64,000 bases of DNA, taken from contig JAUCBJ010000923.1 of assembly GCA_032718475.1 (NCBI GenBank), forward strand, positions 1 to 64,000, read 5' to 3'. Each line of letters starts with the position of its first letter. The stretch's first letter is position 1. Shown here piece after piece: positions 23,193-34,900 of the stretch. A program made the translations under genes and the position numbers. Source of the DNA: Nemertoderma westbladi. Taxonomy: Eukaryota; Animalia; Xenacoelomorpha. Below the pieces are notes generated by a model that was not told where the DNA came from, made no database searches, and saw only the letters and a list, made by a program, of their open reading frames with translations.

Positions 23193-24622
23193 CCCCCGCT
23201 ACCTACCTTTACTAACATTCCCCCGTTAGCCGTTACCTACCTTTACTAACATTCTCCCGCTACCTACCTTTACTAACATTCCCCCGCTACCTACGTTTAC
23301 TAACATTCCCCCGCTACCTACCTTTACTAACATTCCCCGCTACCTACCTTTACTAACATTCTCCAGCTACCTACCTTTACTAACATTCCCCCGCTACCTA
23401 CCTTTACTAACATTCTCCAGCTACCTACCTTTACTAACATTCCCCCGCTACCTACCTTTACTAACATTCCCCCGCTACCTACCTTTACTAACATTCTCCC
23501 GCTACCTACCTTTACTAACATTCCCCCGCTACCTACCTTTACTAACATTCTCCCGCTACCTACCTTTACTAACATTCTCCCGCTACCTACCTTTACTAAC
23601 ATTCTCCCGCTACCTACCTTTACTAACATTCCCCCGCTACCTACCTTTACTAACATTCTCCAGCTACCTACCTTTACTAACATTCCCCCGCTACCTACCT
23701 TTACTAACATTCCCCCGCTACCTACCTTTACTAACATTCTCCCGCTACCTACCTTTACTAACATTCCCCCGCTACCTACCTTTACTAACATTCTCCAGCT
23801 ACCTACCTTTACTAACATTCCCCCGCTACCTACCTTTACTAACATTCCCCCGCTACCTACCTTTACTAACATTCTCCCGCTACCTACCTTTACTAACATT
23901 CCCCCGCTACCTACCTTTACTAACATTCTCCCGCTACCTACCTTTACTAACATTCACCCGCTACCTACCTTTACTAACATTCCCCCGCTACCTACCTTTA
24001 CTAACATTCTCCCGCTACCTACCTTTACTAACATTCTCCCGCTACCTACCTTTACTAACATTCTCCCGCTACCTACCTTTACTAACATTCTCCAGCTACC
24101 TACCTTTACTAACATTCCCCCGCTACCTACCTTTACTAACATTCCCCCGCTACCTACCTTTACTAACATTCTCCCACTACCTACCTTTACTAACATTCCC
24201 CCGCTACCTACCTTTACTAACATTCTCCCGCTACCTACCTTTACTAACATTCCCCCGCTACCTACCTTTACTAACATTCTCCAGCTACCTACCTTTACTA
24301 ACATTCTCCAGCTACCTACCTTTACTAACATTCTCCAGCTACCTACCTTTACTAACATTCCCCCGCTACCTACCTTTACTAACATTCCCCCGCTACCTGC
24401 CTTTACTAACATTCCCCCGCTACCTACCTTTACTAACATTCCCCCGCTACCTACCTTTACTAACATTCTCCAGCTACCTACCTTTACTAACATTCTCCAG
24501 CTACCTACCTTTACTAACATTCTCCAGCTACCTACCTTTACTAACATTCCCCCGCTACCTACCTTTACTAACATTCCCCCGCTACCTACCTTTACTAACA
24601 TTCCCCCGCTACCTACCTTTAC
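23193..24622 (-). repeat. 27-bp minisatellite containing the exon g 5' splice site (GTAAAG|GTAGGTAGCGGGGGAATGTTA), about 53 copies
   Basis: The array begins inside the 3' end of exon g (GTAAAG|gtaggt at 24622-24611). Confidence 0.95.
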
Positions 24623-24829
24623 TGCACAAACTATATAGACCCCATTCTTTGTGATGGCAGCGATATTCATCTGGAATTCGTGGTTGGGTATTCTGATATC
24701 GTGAACGAGTTTACGGGACTTCAGGTCCCAAACGAGAAGCGGGAAAGGTTTCTGTACTTCGTCTCCACAACAAACACGTTCACCGTTCTCTGAGACTAGC
24801 AGACTGTTTAGGAACCGGTCCTCCCCAAC
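24617..24829 (-). CDS. NACHT/WD40 gene exon g (WD40)
   Basis: Acceptor ctgtttag|GTT, first donor AAG|gtaggt; encodes VGEDRFLNSLLVSENGERVCCGDEVQKPFPLLVWDLKSRKLVHDIRIPNHEFQMNIAAITKNGVYIVCAVK, a motif I recall from invertebrate NWD/QUI-1-type proteins. Confidence 0.92.
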
Positions 24830-24966
24830 CTAAACAGCAACAATAAAAGTGACAAACAGGAAACGGCAGAAGTCAGCGGAAAGGAGAAAACATGATGGAA
24901 GAATTAATACCTTCCATCATGTTTTTATTTTAAAATACAGTAATAGTTTAAGGCAACCCTAGCAAA

Positions 24967-25499
24967 GATTTAATAATATACTGCTCACCTTGAATGTACT
25001 TTCCATGTCACCACTATAGGTATGTTCATTTAATAATATACTGCTCACCTTGAATGTACTTTCCATGTCACCACTATAGGTATGTTCATTTAATAATATA
25101 CTGCTCACCTTGAATGTACTTTCCATGTCACCACTAGGTATGTTCATTTAATAATATACTGCTCACCTTGAATGTACTTTCCATGTCACCACTAGGTATG
25201 TTCGTTTAATAATATACTGCTCACCTTGAATGTACTTTCCATGTCACCACTAGCTGTATGTTCATTTAATAATATACTGCTCACCTTGAATGTACTTTCC
25301 ATGTCACCACTAGCTGTATGTTCATTTAATAATATACTGCTCACCTTGAATGTACTTTCCATGTCACCACTAGGTATGTTCGTTTAATAATATACTGCTC
25401 ACCTTGAATGTACTTTCCATGTCACCACTAGGTATGTTCGTTTAATAATATACTGCTCACCTTGAATGTACTTTCCATGTCACCACTCGGTATGTTCAT
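24967..25499 (-). repeat. 58-60-bp tandem repeat containing the exon f 5' splice site (…GGAAAGTACATTCAAG|GTGAGCAGT…), 9 copies
   Basis: Exon-end positions at 25461, 25403, 25345, 25285, 25225, 25167, 25109, 25049 and 24989. Confidence 0.95.
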
Positions 25500-25588
25500 G
25501 ATGTTCACGTACATTCTATTCCTCGATAAGCAAACGCAATGCTCTGGGTCAGAAATATTATAGAAGGGCATATTCTGATTCATTGTAC
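25461..25588 (-). CDS. NACHT/WD40 gene exon f
   Basis: Acceptor actttgcag|GT, first donor AAG|gtgagc; encodes (G)TMNQNMPFYNISDPEHCVCLSRNRMYVNIMNIPSGDMESTFK, in frame with VGEDRF of exon g. Confidence 0.92.
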
Positions 25589-26485
25589 CTGCAAAGTGCA
25601 ATTTACAATTATTAGAATGATATAAGGTCTTGGGTAGTGTGCTGCGATCTGAAACTAGAAATGAAACCGAAAATAGTTTAATGTTGCTTCTTGTGTATTC
25701 TGGGAACGGTTGGATTATCTGAAACCGATGCGGCGTTAGGGTTGAATAACATCCTTGAAGGGGAACGGGGTTGGGGGGGGGGGTGGGGAGGGTTTCAAAT
25801 AATATACATTTTTGTATTTTTCTTCTGATTCAATGTGCCTTCACAATGAACATATGTAAGGATGCGATATTGCAAAATCAGTGCTCAGATTAGTGTAACT
25901 TACAACTTGATTTAAAAAAAATCAAATTGAGAACGCCGCAAAATAACCAATCACTTAGAAACAATAGACTTGTAGAAGACATCTTAAGCAGTATCGATTG
26001 TTCTAGAATATATCCACTTTATACTCAGTGTAAGATAGTATACCCTACAGTTGATGTAGTAACTACAATTAATTGTATAATATAGATATAAATTGCATTC
26101 AGTATTTCTAAGTGTTAGAGGTTGTTGAAGTGTTTATTTGAGCGTTCGAGATAAGTTGGCATAATTAAAAAATTACCTACATCATTGTAAGAAACACTGC
26201 GCACTATTCAGCGTTAAAGAACCTCGTATTATGTAAACCCTCCTCGCTACGTTCGGTCCGTACATACACACACACTCGGGCCATAACGCTGAACAGTGCT
26301 ACTTTTAAAATGATGTGTCACATATAATTATTATGATCATTAATTGGGCATATTATGGTGATTCAATCTACACAAATATTGTTTGTTATTAACTTAGTAT
26401 TTAATTTTATTTAAATTATTAACGTTATTGACTAATTAATGAATGTAATAAACAAATTAAATTGAAGTTAATTCTGATTGTTAAC

Positions 26486-27848
26486 CTTTTAGTCGGTTTT
26501 CAAATTTTCCCTCATCCAAATTGTAAACCTTTAGGTCGCGATTGCAGAGGACGATGGCACGAGAACCATCGATAAAACGAGCGTCCCGGGGTTTAACGAC
26601 GCCGGTGAGCCGTCGCACGGGAGTCTCGGTGGCGAGATCCCAAACTACGAGTTGACCGCGCTCAGAGTTAGCCGAGAGAACAAACCCGGGATTCGACTTG
26701 ATCCGGTACAGCGAGGACAGATGGAGCGGAAGACTGGAGGGTTTAGTACTGGAGCGCGACGGTAGGAGGTAGTCGCGGAGAGGATGGAGGACGAACTCGG
26801 CGGCTTCCGTGGCGGCCACGGCGGAGTCGTAGAGTCGGCGCATCCCGGGACACTCGACGCACCAAACGGACGCACTGTCCGAGGCCGCCGGACGCAGCCG
26901 ACAGACCAGCTGGCTTGCCAACTGCCCCGGATCCTGCCGGAGGGCGAACCCGGACGCGTCGAGGAACTCACGAAGAAGTCCCAGGTCGGAGCACGGTTTA
27001 CTCGAGGATTGTAGAACATTGATAAACTGATCCACGTAAAGCGGGTAACGAACGCAATGAGAAAGCCATTCGTAGTCAAACAAATCCAAGGATTCCCCGG
27101 ACTTAATCAATTGATAAGAACGTTCTAGAACATCCATGGGATGCTCCTGAGTTTTAAGATAATCTGCTAATCGCGAGTGGTATTTATATGATTCGTATCG
27201 GTCCTCCGCAAATTTTTTTATGATGTCATTAGAGAAACCTAGGTGATAACGACGGAAGTAAAGAAAACTCCGGATTACCCCGGAGTCAACTAAGAGTCGA
27301 CGAGCTTGCAACCAGCCGGACATCCCGTTGGCTGCGAGGGTGGCGTTCTGTGCGGCGATCAGCCAATAGAGATGGGACTCCGGTAGGCCGAGGTTAGTGG
27401 CGGCCACGGTGCCGAGCGCGAGTCGGATCAACTCGACACCGCAGACCGATTCTACCGAGGCGAGCACGGCGGACAGCAGCTCGGGGTAGTCGGTAGCTGC
27501 CGGTACCGCGGGCAGTACAGCCGCCCGAGCGAACAGCTCGGAGACGGCGGAGGTAAGCGGGCCCGCGCAGCTCGACGCGTTGGTCAGCGCGGTCGGGTTG
27601 CAACGCTCGCGGTGGATGCTGGACGCGAGCTGGGCGCAACCCCGGCCGTCCAGACTGGGGGCCGCGAGCAAGCATTCCTCGGGGAGGGAGCCGCTGGTCG
27701 ACGAAGAAACTACGAGTTTAACATCCTCGGGGAGGGAGGTTGGAAGGTTGAGGGAGGCGTATATTGCGTGGATGAGGATGAGTAAAGGACGAGATGAGGT
27801 AGCCTTCTTGGCGAGATGCACCAGGGATTCTGTCCAATTACTTAAACT
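26486..27848 (-). CDS. NACHT/WD40 gene exon e (degenerate Walker B region, helical domain, first WD repeats)
   Basis: Acceptor gtttacag|AGT, donor AAG|gttaac; contains the 446-aa ORF: RPLLILIHAI, LFDYEWL, PGQLASQLVCRL, LVVWDLATETPVRRLTGV, LKVYNLDEGKFENRLK(G). Confidence 0.9.
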
Positions 27849-28163
27849 CTGTAAACAAACATCAAATAAAAATAATATTGTAATTATGTGTTTATTTAAT
27901 ATAAATAATAATTAATACCCAGCCACCCTTGCTCTCATAACGAAGCTGAAATAATTAATTTAGAATTATAAATTGAAGCAAACTGCACTGTATTATAGAA
28001 AAAATATAATGATAAAACGATACAAGATTCGCTCTATACTAGATTTATTTACATTTATAAAACAAAAAAATCTATAATTTGTTAATACTGATACAGATAA
28101 CACAAATTCGATTTTGTATGGTACATATCATAAGACTAATAAATTAGTGCTCTATAAACTCAC

Positions 28164-28311
28164 GGTATAAGCTAGATAGTGAGGCTGACCGTAGACCACA
28201 CACATATGCTCCAATACTGATCGCATTAGTTGGTTCTCGTTAGAAACGCTAGGGTGTGCACCAACATAACGAGTTATACAGACGCCATCGGGCTTCCATT
28301 TGTGATATTGC
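28164..28311 (-). CDS. NACHT/WD40 gene exon d
   Basis: Acceptor ctctttgtag|G, donor ACC|gtgagt; encodes (R)QYHKWKPDGVCITRYVGAHPSVSNENQLMRSVLEHMCVVYGQPHYLAYT, resembling the RF-x-G-x-T-P segment that follows the NACHT P-loop; phases 2 and 0 fit. Confidence 0.87.
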
Positions 28312-28927
28312 CTACAAAGAGTAAATGACCGCCATGAGAAATTATAGTGACCTTTGTGTGACATTATTTATATTACACATCTTAAGCTTAATAGTTTTTT
28401 AAATATGTGAAATTTCGGACATATTGCTGGATGAATGTCCGAAACTCAACATAGATTCTTTCTTAGAAAATATTGCTTTTGACGCTATCAAAATGTATAC
28501 CTCTCCAGGGGAACATGGACGCAAATAACAGCCGATTCAATTTAAACCTGTTTTATAGTTTATTGTCAGACATTTATAGACAGAGATGATATACCATCGA
28601 TAAAGAATCATAAAAAGTAAATACAAATTTGAAAAAAAAAAATTTGGCGCCCCCTAGCGACCTGCGTGAGATTTTAAAATTTTCACTAAAAAGGCTACTA
28701 CTTTCACTTTTATTTTCTGATACCACATATTTTGGAACCAGTATGTTCATTATCATCATATTTCACGGCGCCTTTTTGTATTTTTATTTTCTATTTCTGA
28801 GAATTGGCAATTTTGTAAAAAAAAATTAAAATTAAAAAACATGTTTTTTACTATTTTTTAATTAAATAATTGAGGAAATATTATGAAATCAAGAGAACTG
28901 TCCGAAATTTATTGAAGCTTAAATTAT

Positions 28928-31900
28928 ATATTGTTATCTGATTTAATTAATTAGTGTTTAGTTATATAAAGATTGGGTGGGGACATATTGTTATCTGATT
29001 TAATTAATTAGTGTTTAGTTATATAAAGATTGGGTGGGGACATATTGTTATCTGATTTAATTAATTAGTGTTTAGTTATATAAAGATTGGGTGGGGACAT
29101 ATTGTTATCAGATTTAATTAATTAGTGTTTAGTTAGTTAAAGATTGGGTGGGGACATATTGTTATCTGATTTAATTAATTAGTGTTTAGTTATATAAAGA
29201 TTGGGTGGGGACATATTGTTATCAGATTTAATTAATTAGTGTTTAGTTAGTTAAAGATTGGGTGGGGACATATTGTTATCTGATTTAATTAATTAGTGTT
29301 TAGTTAGTTAAAGATTGGGTGGGGACATATTGTTATCTGATTTAATTAATTAGTGTTTAGTTATATAAAGATTGGGTGGGGACATATTGTTATATGATTT
29401 AATTAATTAGTGTTTAGTTAGTTAAAGATTGGGTGGGGACATATTGTTATCTGATTTAATTAATTAGTGTTTAGTTAGTTAAAGATTGGGTGGGGACATA
29501 TTGTTATCTGATTTAATTAATTAGTGTTTAGTTAGTTAAAGATTGGGTGGGGACATATTGTTATCTGATTTAATTAATTAGTGTTTAGTTAGTTAAAGAT
29601 TGGGTGGGGACATATTGTTATCTGATTTAATTAATTAGTGTTTAGTTATATAAAGATTGGGTGGGGACATATTGTTATCAGATTTAATTAATTAGTGTTT
29701 AGTTAGTTAAAGATTGGGTGGGGACATATTGTTATCTGATTTAATTAATTAGTGTTTAGTTAGTTAAAGATTGGGTGGGGACATATTGTTATCTGATTTA
29801 ATTAATTAGTGTTTAGTTATATAAAGATTGGGTGGGGACATATTGTTATATGATTTAATTAATTAGTGTATAGTTATATAAAGATTGGGTGGGGACATAT
29901 TGTTATCTGATTTAATTAATTAGTGTTTAGTTAGTTAAAGATTGGGTGGGGACATATTGTTATCTGATTTAATTAATTAGTGTTTAGTTATATAAAGATT
30001 GGGTGGGGACATATTGTTATCTGATTTAATTAATTAGTGTTTAGTTATATAAAGATTGGGTGGGGACATATTGTTATCTGATTTAATTAATTAGTGTTTA
30101 GTTATATAAAGATTGGGTGGGGACATATTGTTATATGATTTAATTAATTAGTGTATAGTTATATAAAGATTGGGTGGGGACATATTGTTATCTGATTTAA
30201 TTAATTAGTGTTTAGTAAGATAAAGATTGGGTGGGGACATATTGTTATCTGATTTAATTAATTAGTGTTTAGTTATATAAAGATTGGGTGGGGACATATT
30301 GTTATCTGATTTAATTAATTAGTGTTTAGTTATATAAAGATTGGGTGGGGACATATTGTTATCTGATTTAATTAATTAGTGTTTAGTTATATAAAGATTG
30401 GGTGGGGACATATTGTTATCTGATTTAATTAATTAGTGTTTAGTTATATAAAGATTGGGTGGGGACATATTGTTATCTGATTTAATTAATTAGTGTTTAG
30501 TTATATAAAGATTGGGTGGGGACATATTGTTATCTGATTTAATTAATTAGTGTTTAGTTATATAAAGATTGGGTGGGGACATATTGTTATCTGATTTAAT
30601 TAATTAGTGTTTAGTTATATAAAGATTGGGTGGGGACATATTGTTATCAGATTTAATTAATTAGTGTTTAGTTATATAAAGATTGGGTGGGTACATATTG
30701 TTATCTGATTTAATTAATTAGTGTTTAGTTATATAAAGATTGGGTGGGGACATATTGTTATCAGATTTAATTAATTAGTGTTTAGTTATATAAAGATTGG
30801 GTGGGGACATATTGTTATCAGATTTAATTAATTAGTGTTTAGTTATATAAAGATTGGGTGGGTACATATTGTTATCTGATTTAATTAATTAGTGTTTAGT
30901 TATATAAAGATTGGGTGGGGACATATTGTTATCTGATTTAATTAATTAGTGTTTAGTTATATAAAGATTGGGTGGGGACATATTGTTATCTGATTTAATT
31001 AATTAGTGTTTAGTTATATAAAGATTGGGTGGGGACATATTGTTATCTGATTTAATTAATTAGTGTTTAGTTATATAAAGATTGGGTGGGGACATATTGT
31101 TATCTGATTTAATTAATTAGTGTTTAGTTATATAAAGATTGGGTGGGGACATATTGTTATCTGATTTAATTAATTAGTGTTTAGTTATATAAAGATTGGG
31201 TGGGGACATATTGTTATCTGATTTAATTAATTAGTGTTTAGTTATATAAAGATTGGGTGGGGACATATTGTTATCAGATTTAATTAATTAGTGTTTAGTT
31301 AGTTAAAGATTGGGTGGGGACATATTGTTATCTGATTTAATTAATTAGTGTTTAGTTATATAAAGATTGGGTGGGGACATATTGTTATCAGATTTAATTA
31401 ATTAGTGTTTAGTTAGTTAAAGATTGGGTGGGGACATATTGTTATCTGATTTAATTAATTAGTGTTTAGTTAGTTAAAGATTGGGTGGGGACATATTGTT
31501 ATCTGATTTAATTAATTAGTGTTTAGTTATATAAAGATTGGGTGGGGACATATTGTTATCAGATTTAATTAATTAGTGTTTAGTTAGTTAAAGATTGGGT
31601 GGGGACATATTGTTATCTGATTTAATTAATTAGTGTTTAGTTAGTTAAAGATTGGGTGGGGACATATTGTTATCTGATTTAATTAATTAGTGTTTAGTTA
31701 TATAAAGATTGGGTGGGGACATATTGTTATATGATTTAATTAATTAGTGTTTAGTTAGTTAAAGATTGGGTGGGGACATATTGTTATCTGATTTAATTAA
31801 TTAGTGTTTAGTTAGTTAAAGATTGGGTGGGGACATATTGTTATCTGATTTAATTAATTAGTGTTTAGTTAGTTAAAGATTGGGTGGGGACATATTGTTA

Positions 31901-34900
31901 TCTGATTTAATTAATTAGTGTTTAGTTAGTTAAAGATTGGGTGGGGACATATTGTTATCTGATTTAATTAATTAGTGTTTAGTTATATAAAGATTGGGTG
32001 GGGACATATTGTTATCAGATTTAATTAATTAGTGTTTAGTTAGTTAAAGATTGGGTGGGGACATATTGTTATCTGATTTAATTAATTAGTGTTTAGTTAG
32101 TTAAAGATTGGGTGGGGACATATTGTTATCTGATTTAATTAATTAGTGTTTAGTTATATAAAGATTGGGTGGGGACATATTGTTATATGATTTAATTAAT
32201 TAGTGTATAGTTATATAAAGATTGGGTGGGGACATATTGTTATCTGATTTAATTAATTAGTGTTTAGTTAGTTAAAGATTGGGTGGGGACATATTGTTAT
32301 CTGATTTAATTAATTAGTGTTTAGTTATATAAAGATTGGGTGGGGACATATTGTTATCTGATTTAATTAATTAGTGTTTAGTTATATAAAGATTGGGTGG
32401 GGACATATTGTTATCTGATTTAATTAATTAGTGTTTAGTTATATAAAGATTGGGTGGGGACATATTGTTATATGATTTAATTAATTAGTGTATAGTTATA
32501 TAAAGATTGGGTGGGGACATATTGTTATCTGATTTAATTAATTAGTGTTTAGTAAGATAAAGATTGGGTGGGGACATATTGTTATCTGATTTAATTAATT
32601 AGTGTTTAGTTATATAAAGATTGGGTGGGGACATATTGTTATCTGATTTAATTAATTAGTGTTTAGTTATATAAAGATTGGGTGGGGACATATTGTTATC
32701 TGATTTAATTAATTAGTGTTTAGTTATATAAAGATTGGGTGGGGACATATTGTTATCTGATTTAATTAATTAGTGTTTAGTTATATAAAGATTGGGTGGG
32801 GACATATTGTTATCTGATTTAATTAATTAGTGTTTAGTTATATAAAGATTGGGTGGGGACATATTGTTATCTGATTTAATTAATTAGTGTTTAGTTATAT
32901 AAAGATTGGGTGGGGACATATTGTTATCTGATTTAATTAATTAGTGTTTAGTTATATAAAGATTGGGTGGGGACATATTGTTATCAGATTTAATTAATTA
33001 GTGTTTAGTTATATAAAGATTGGGTGGGGACATATTGTTATCTGATTTAATTAATTAGTGTTTAGTTATATAAAGATTGGGTGGGGACATATTGTTATCT
33101 GATTTAATTAATTAGTGTTTAGTTATATAAAGATTGGGTGGGGACATATTGTTATCTGATTTAATTAATTAGTGTTTAGTTATATAAAGATTGGGTGGGG
33201 ACATATTGTTATCTGATTTAATTAATTAGTGTTTAGTTATATAAAGATTGGGTGGGGACATATTGTTATCTGATTTAATTAATTAGTGTTTAGTTATATA
33301 AAGATTGGGTGGGGACATATTGTTATCTGATTTAATTAATTAGTGTTTAGTTATATAAAGATTGGGTGGGGACATATTGTTATCTGATTTAATTAATTAG
33401 TGTTTAGTTATATAAAGATTGGGTGGGGACATATTGTTATCTGATTTAATTAATTAGTGTTTAGTTATATAAAGATTGGGTGGGGACATATTGTTATCTG
33501 ATTTAATTAATTAGTGTTTAGTTATATAAAGATTGGGTGGGGACATATTGTTATCTGATTTAATTAATTAGTGTTTAGTTATATAAAGATTGGGTGGGGA
33601 CATATTGTTATATGATTTAATTAATTAGTGTTTAGTTATATAAAGATTGGGTGGGGACATATTGTTATCTGATTTAATTAATTAGTGTTTAGTTATATAA
33701 AGATTGGGTGGGGACATATTGTTATCAGATTTAATTAATTAGTGTTTAGTTATATAAAGATTGGGTGGGTACATATTGTTATATGATTTAATTAATTAGT
33801 GTTTAGTTATATAAAGATTGGGTGGGGACATATTGTTATCTGATTTAATTAATTAGTGTTTAGTTATATAAAGATTGGGTGGGGACATATTGTTATCTGA
33901 TTTAATTAATTAGTGTTTAGTTATATAAAGATTGGGTGGGGACATATTGTTATCTGATTTAATTAATTAGTGTTTAGTTATATAAAGATTGGGTGGGGAC
34001 ATATTGTTATCTGATTTAATTAATTAGTGTTTAGTTATATAAAGATTGGGTGGGGACATATTGTTATCTGATTTAATTAATTAGTGTTTAGTTATATAAA
34101 GATTGGGTGGGGACATATTGTTATCTGATTTAATTAATTAGTGTTTAGTTATATAAAGATTGGGTGGGGACATATTGTTATCTGATTTAATTAATTAGTG
34201 TTTAGTTATATAAAGATTGGGTGGGGACATATTGTTATCAGATTTAATTAATTAGTGTTTAGTTATATAAAGATTGGGTGGGTACATATTGTTATCTGAT
34301 TTAATTAATTAGTGTTTAGTTATATAAAGATTGGGTGGGGACATATTGTTATCAGATTTAATTAATTAGTGTTTAGTTATATAAAGATTGGGTGGGGACA
34401 TATTGTTATCAGATTTAATTAATTAGTGTTTAGTTATATAAAGATTGGGTGGGTACATATTGTTATCTGATTTAATTAATTAGTGTTTAGTTATATAAAG
34501 ATTGGGTGGGGACATATTGTTATCTGATTTAATTAATTAGTGTTTAGTTATATAAAGATTGGGTGGGGACATATTGTTATCTGATTTAATTAATTAGTGT
34601 TTAGTTATATAAAGATTGGGTGGGGACATATTGTTATCTGATTTAATTAATTAGTGTTTAGTTATATAAAGATTGGGTGGGGACATATTGTTATCTGATT
34701 TAATTAATTAGTGTTTAGTTATATAAAGATTGGGTGGGGACATATTGTTATCTGATTTAATTAATTAGTGTTTAGTTATATAAAGATTGGGTGGGGACAT
34801 ATTGTTATCTGATTTAATTAATTAGTGTTTAGTTATATAAAGATTGGGTGGGGACATATTGTTATCTGATTTAATTAATTAGTGTTTAGTTATATAAAGA

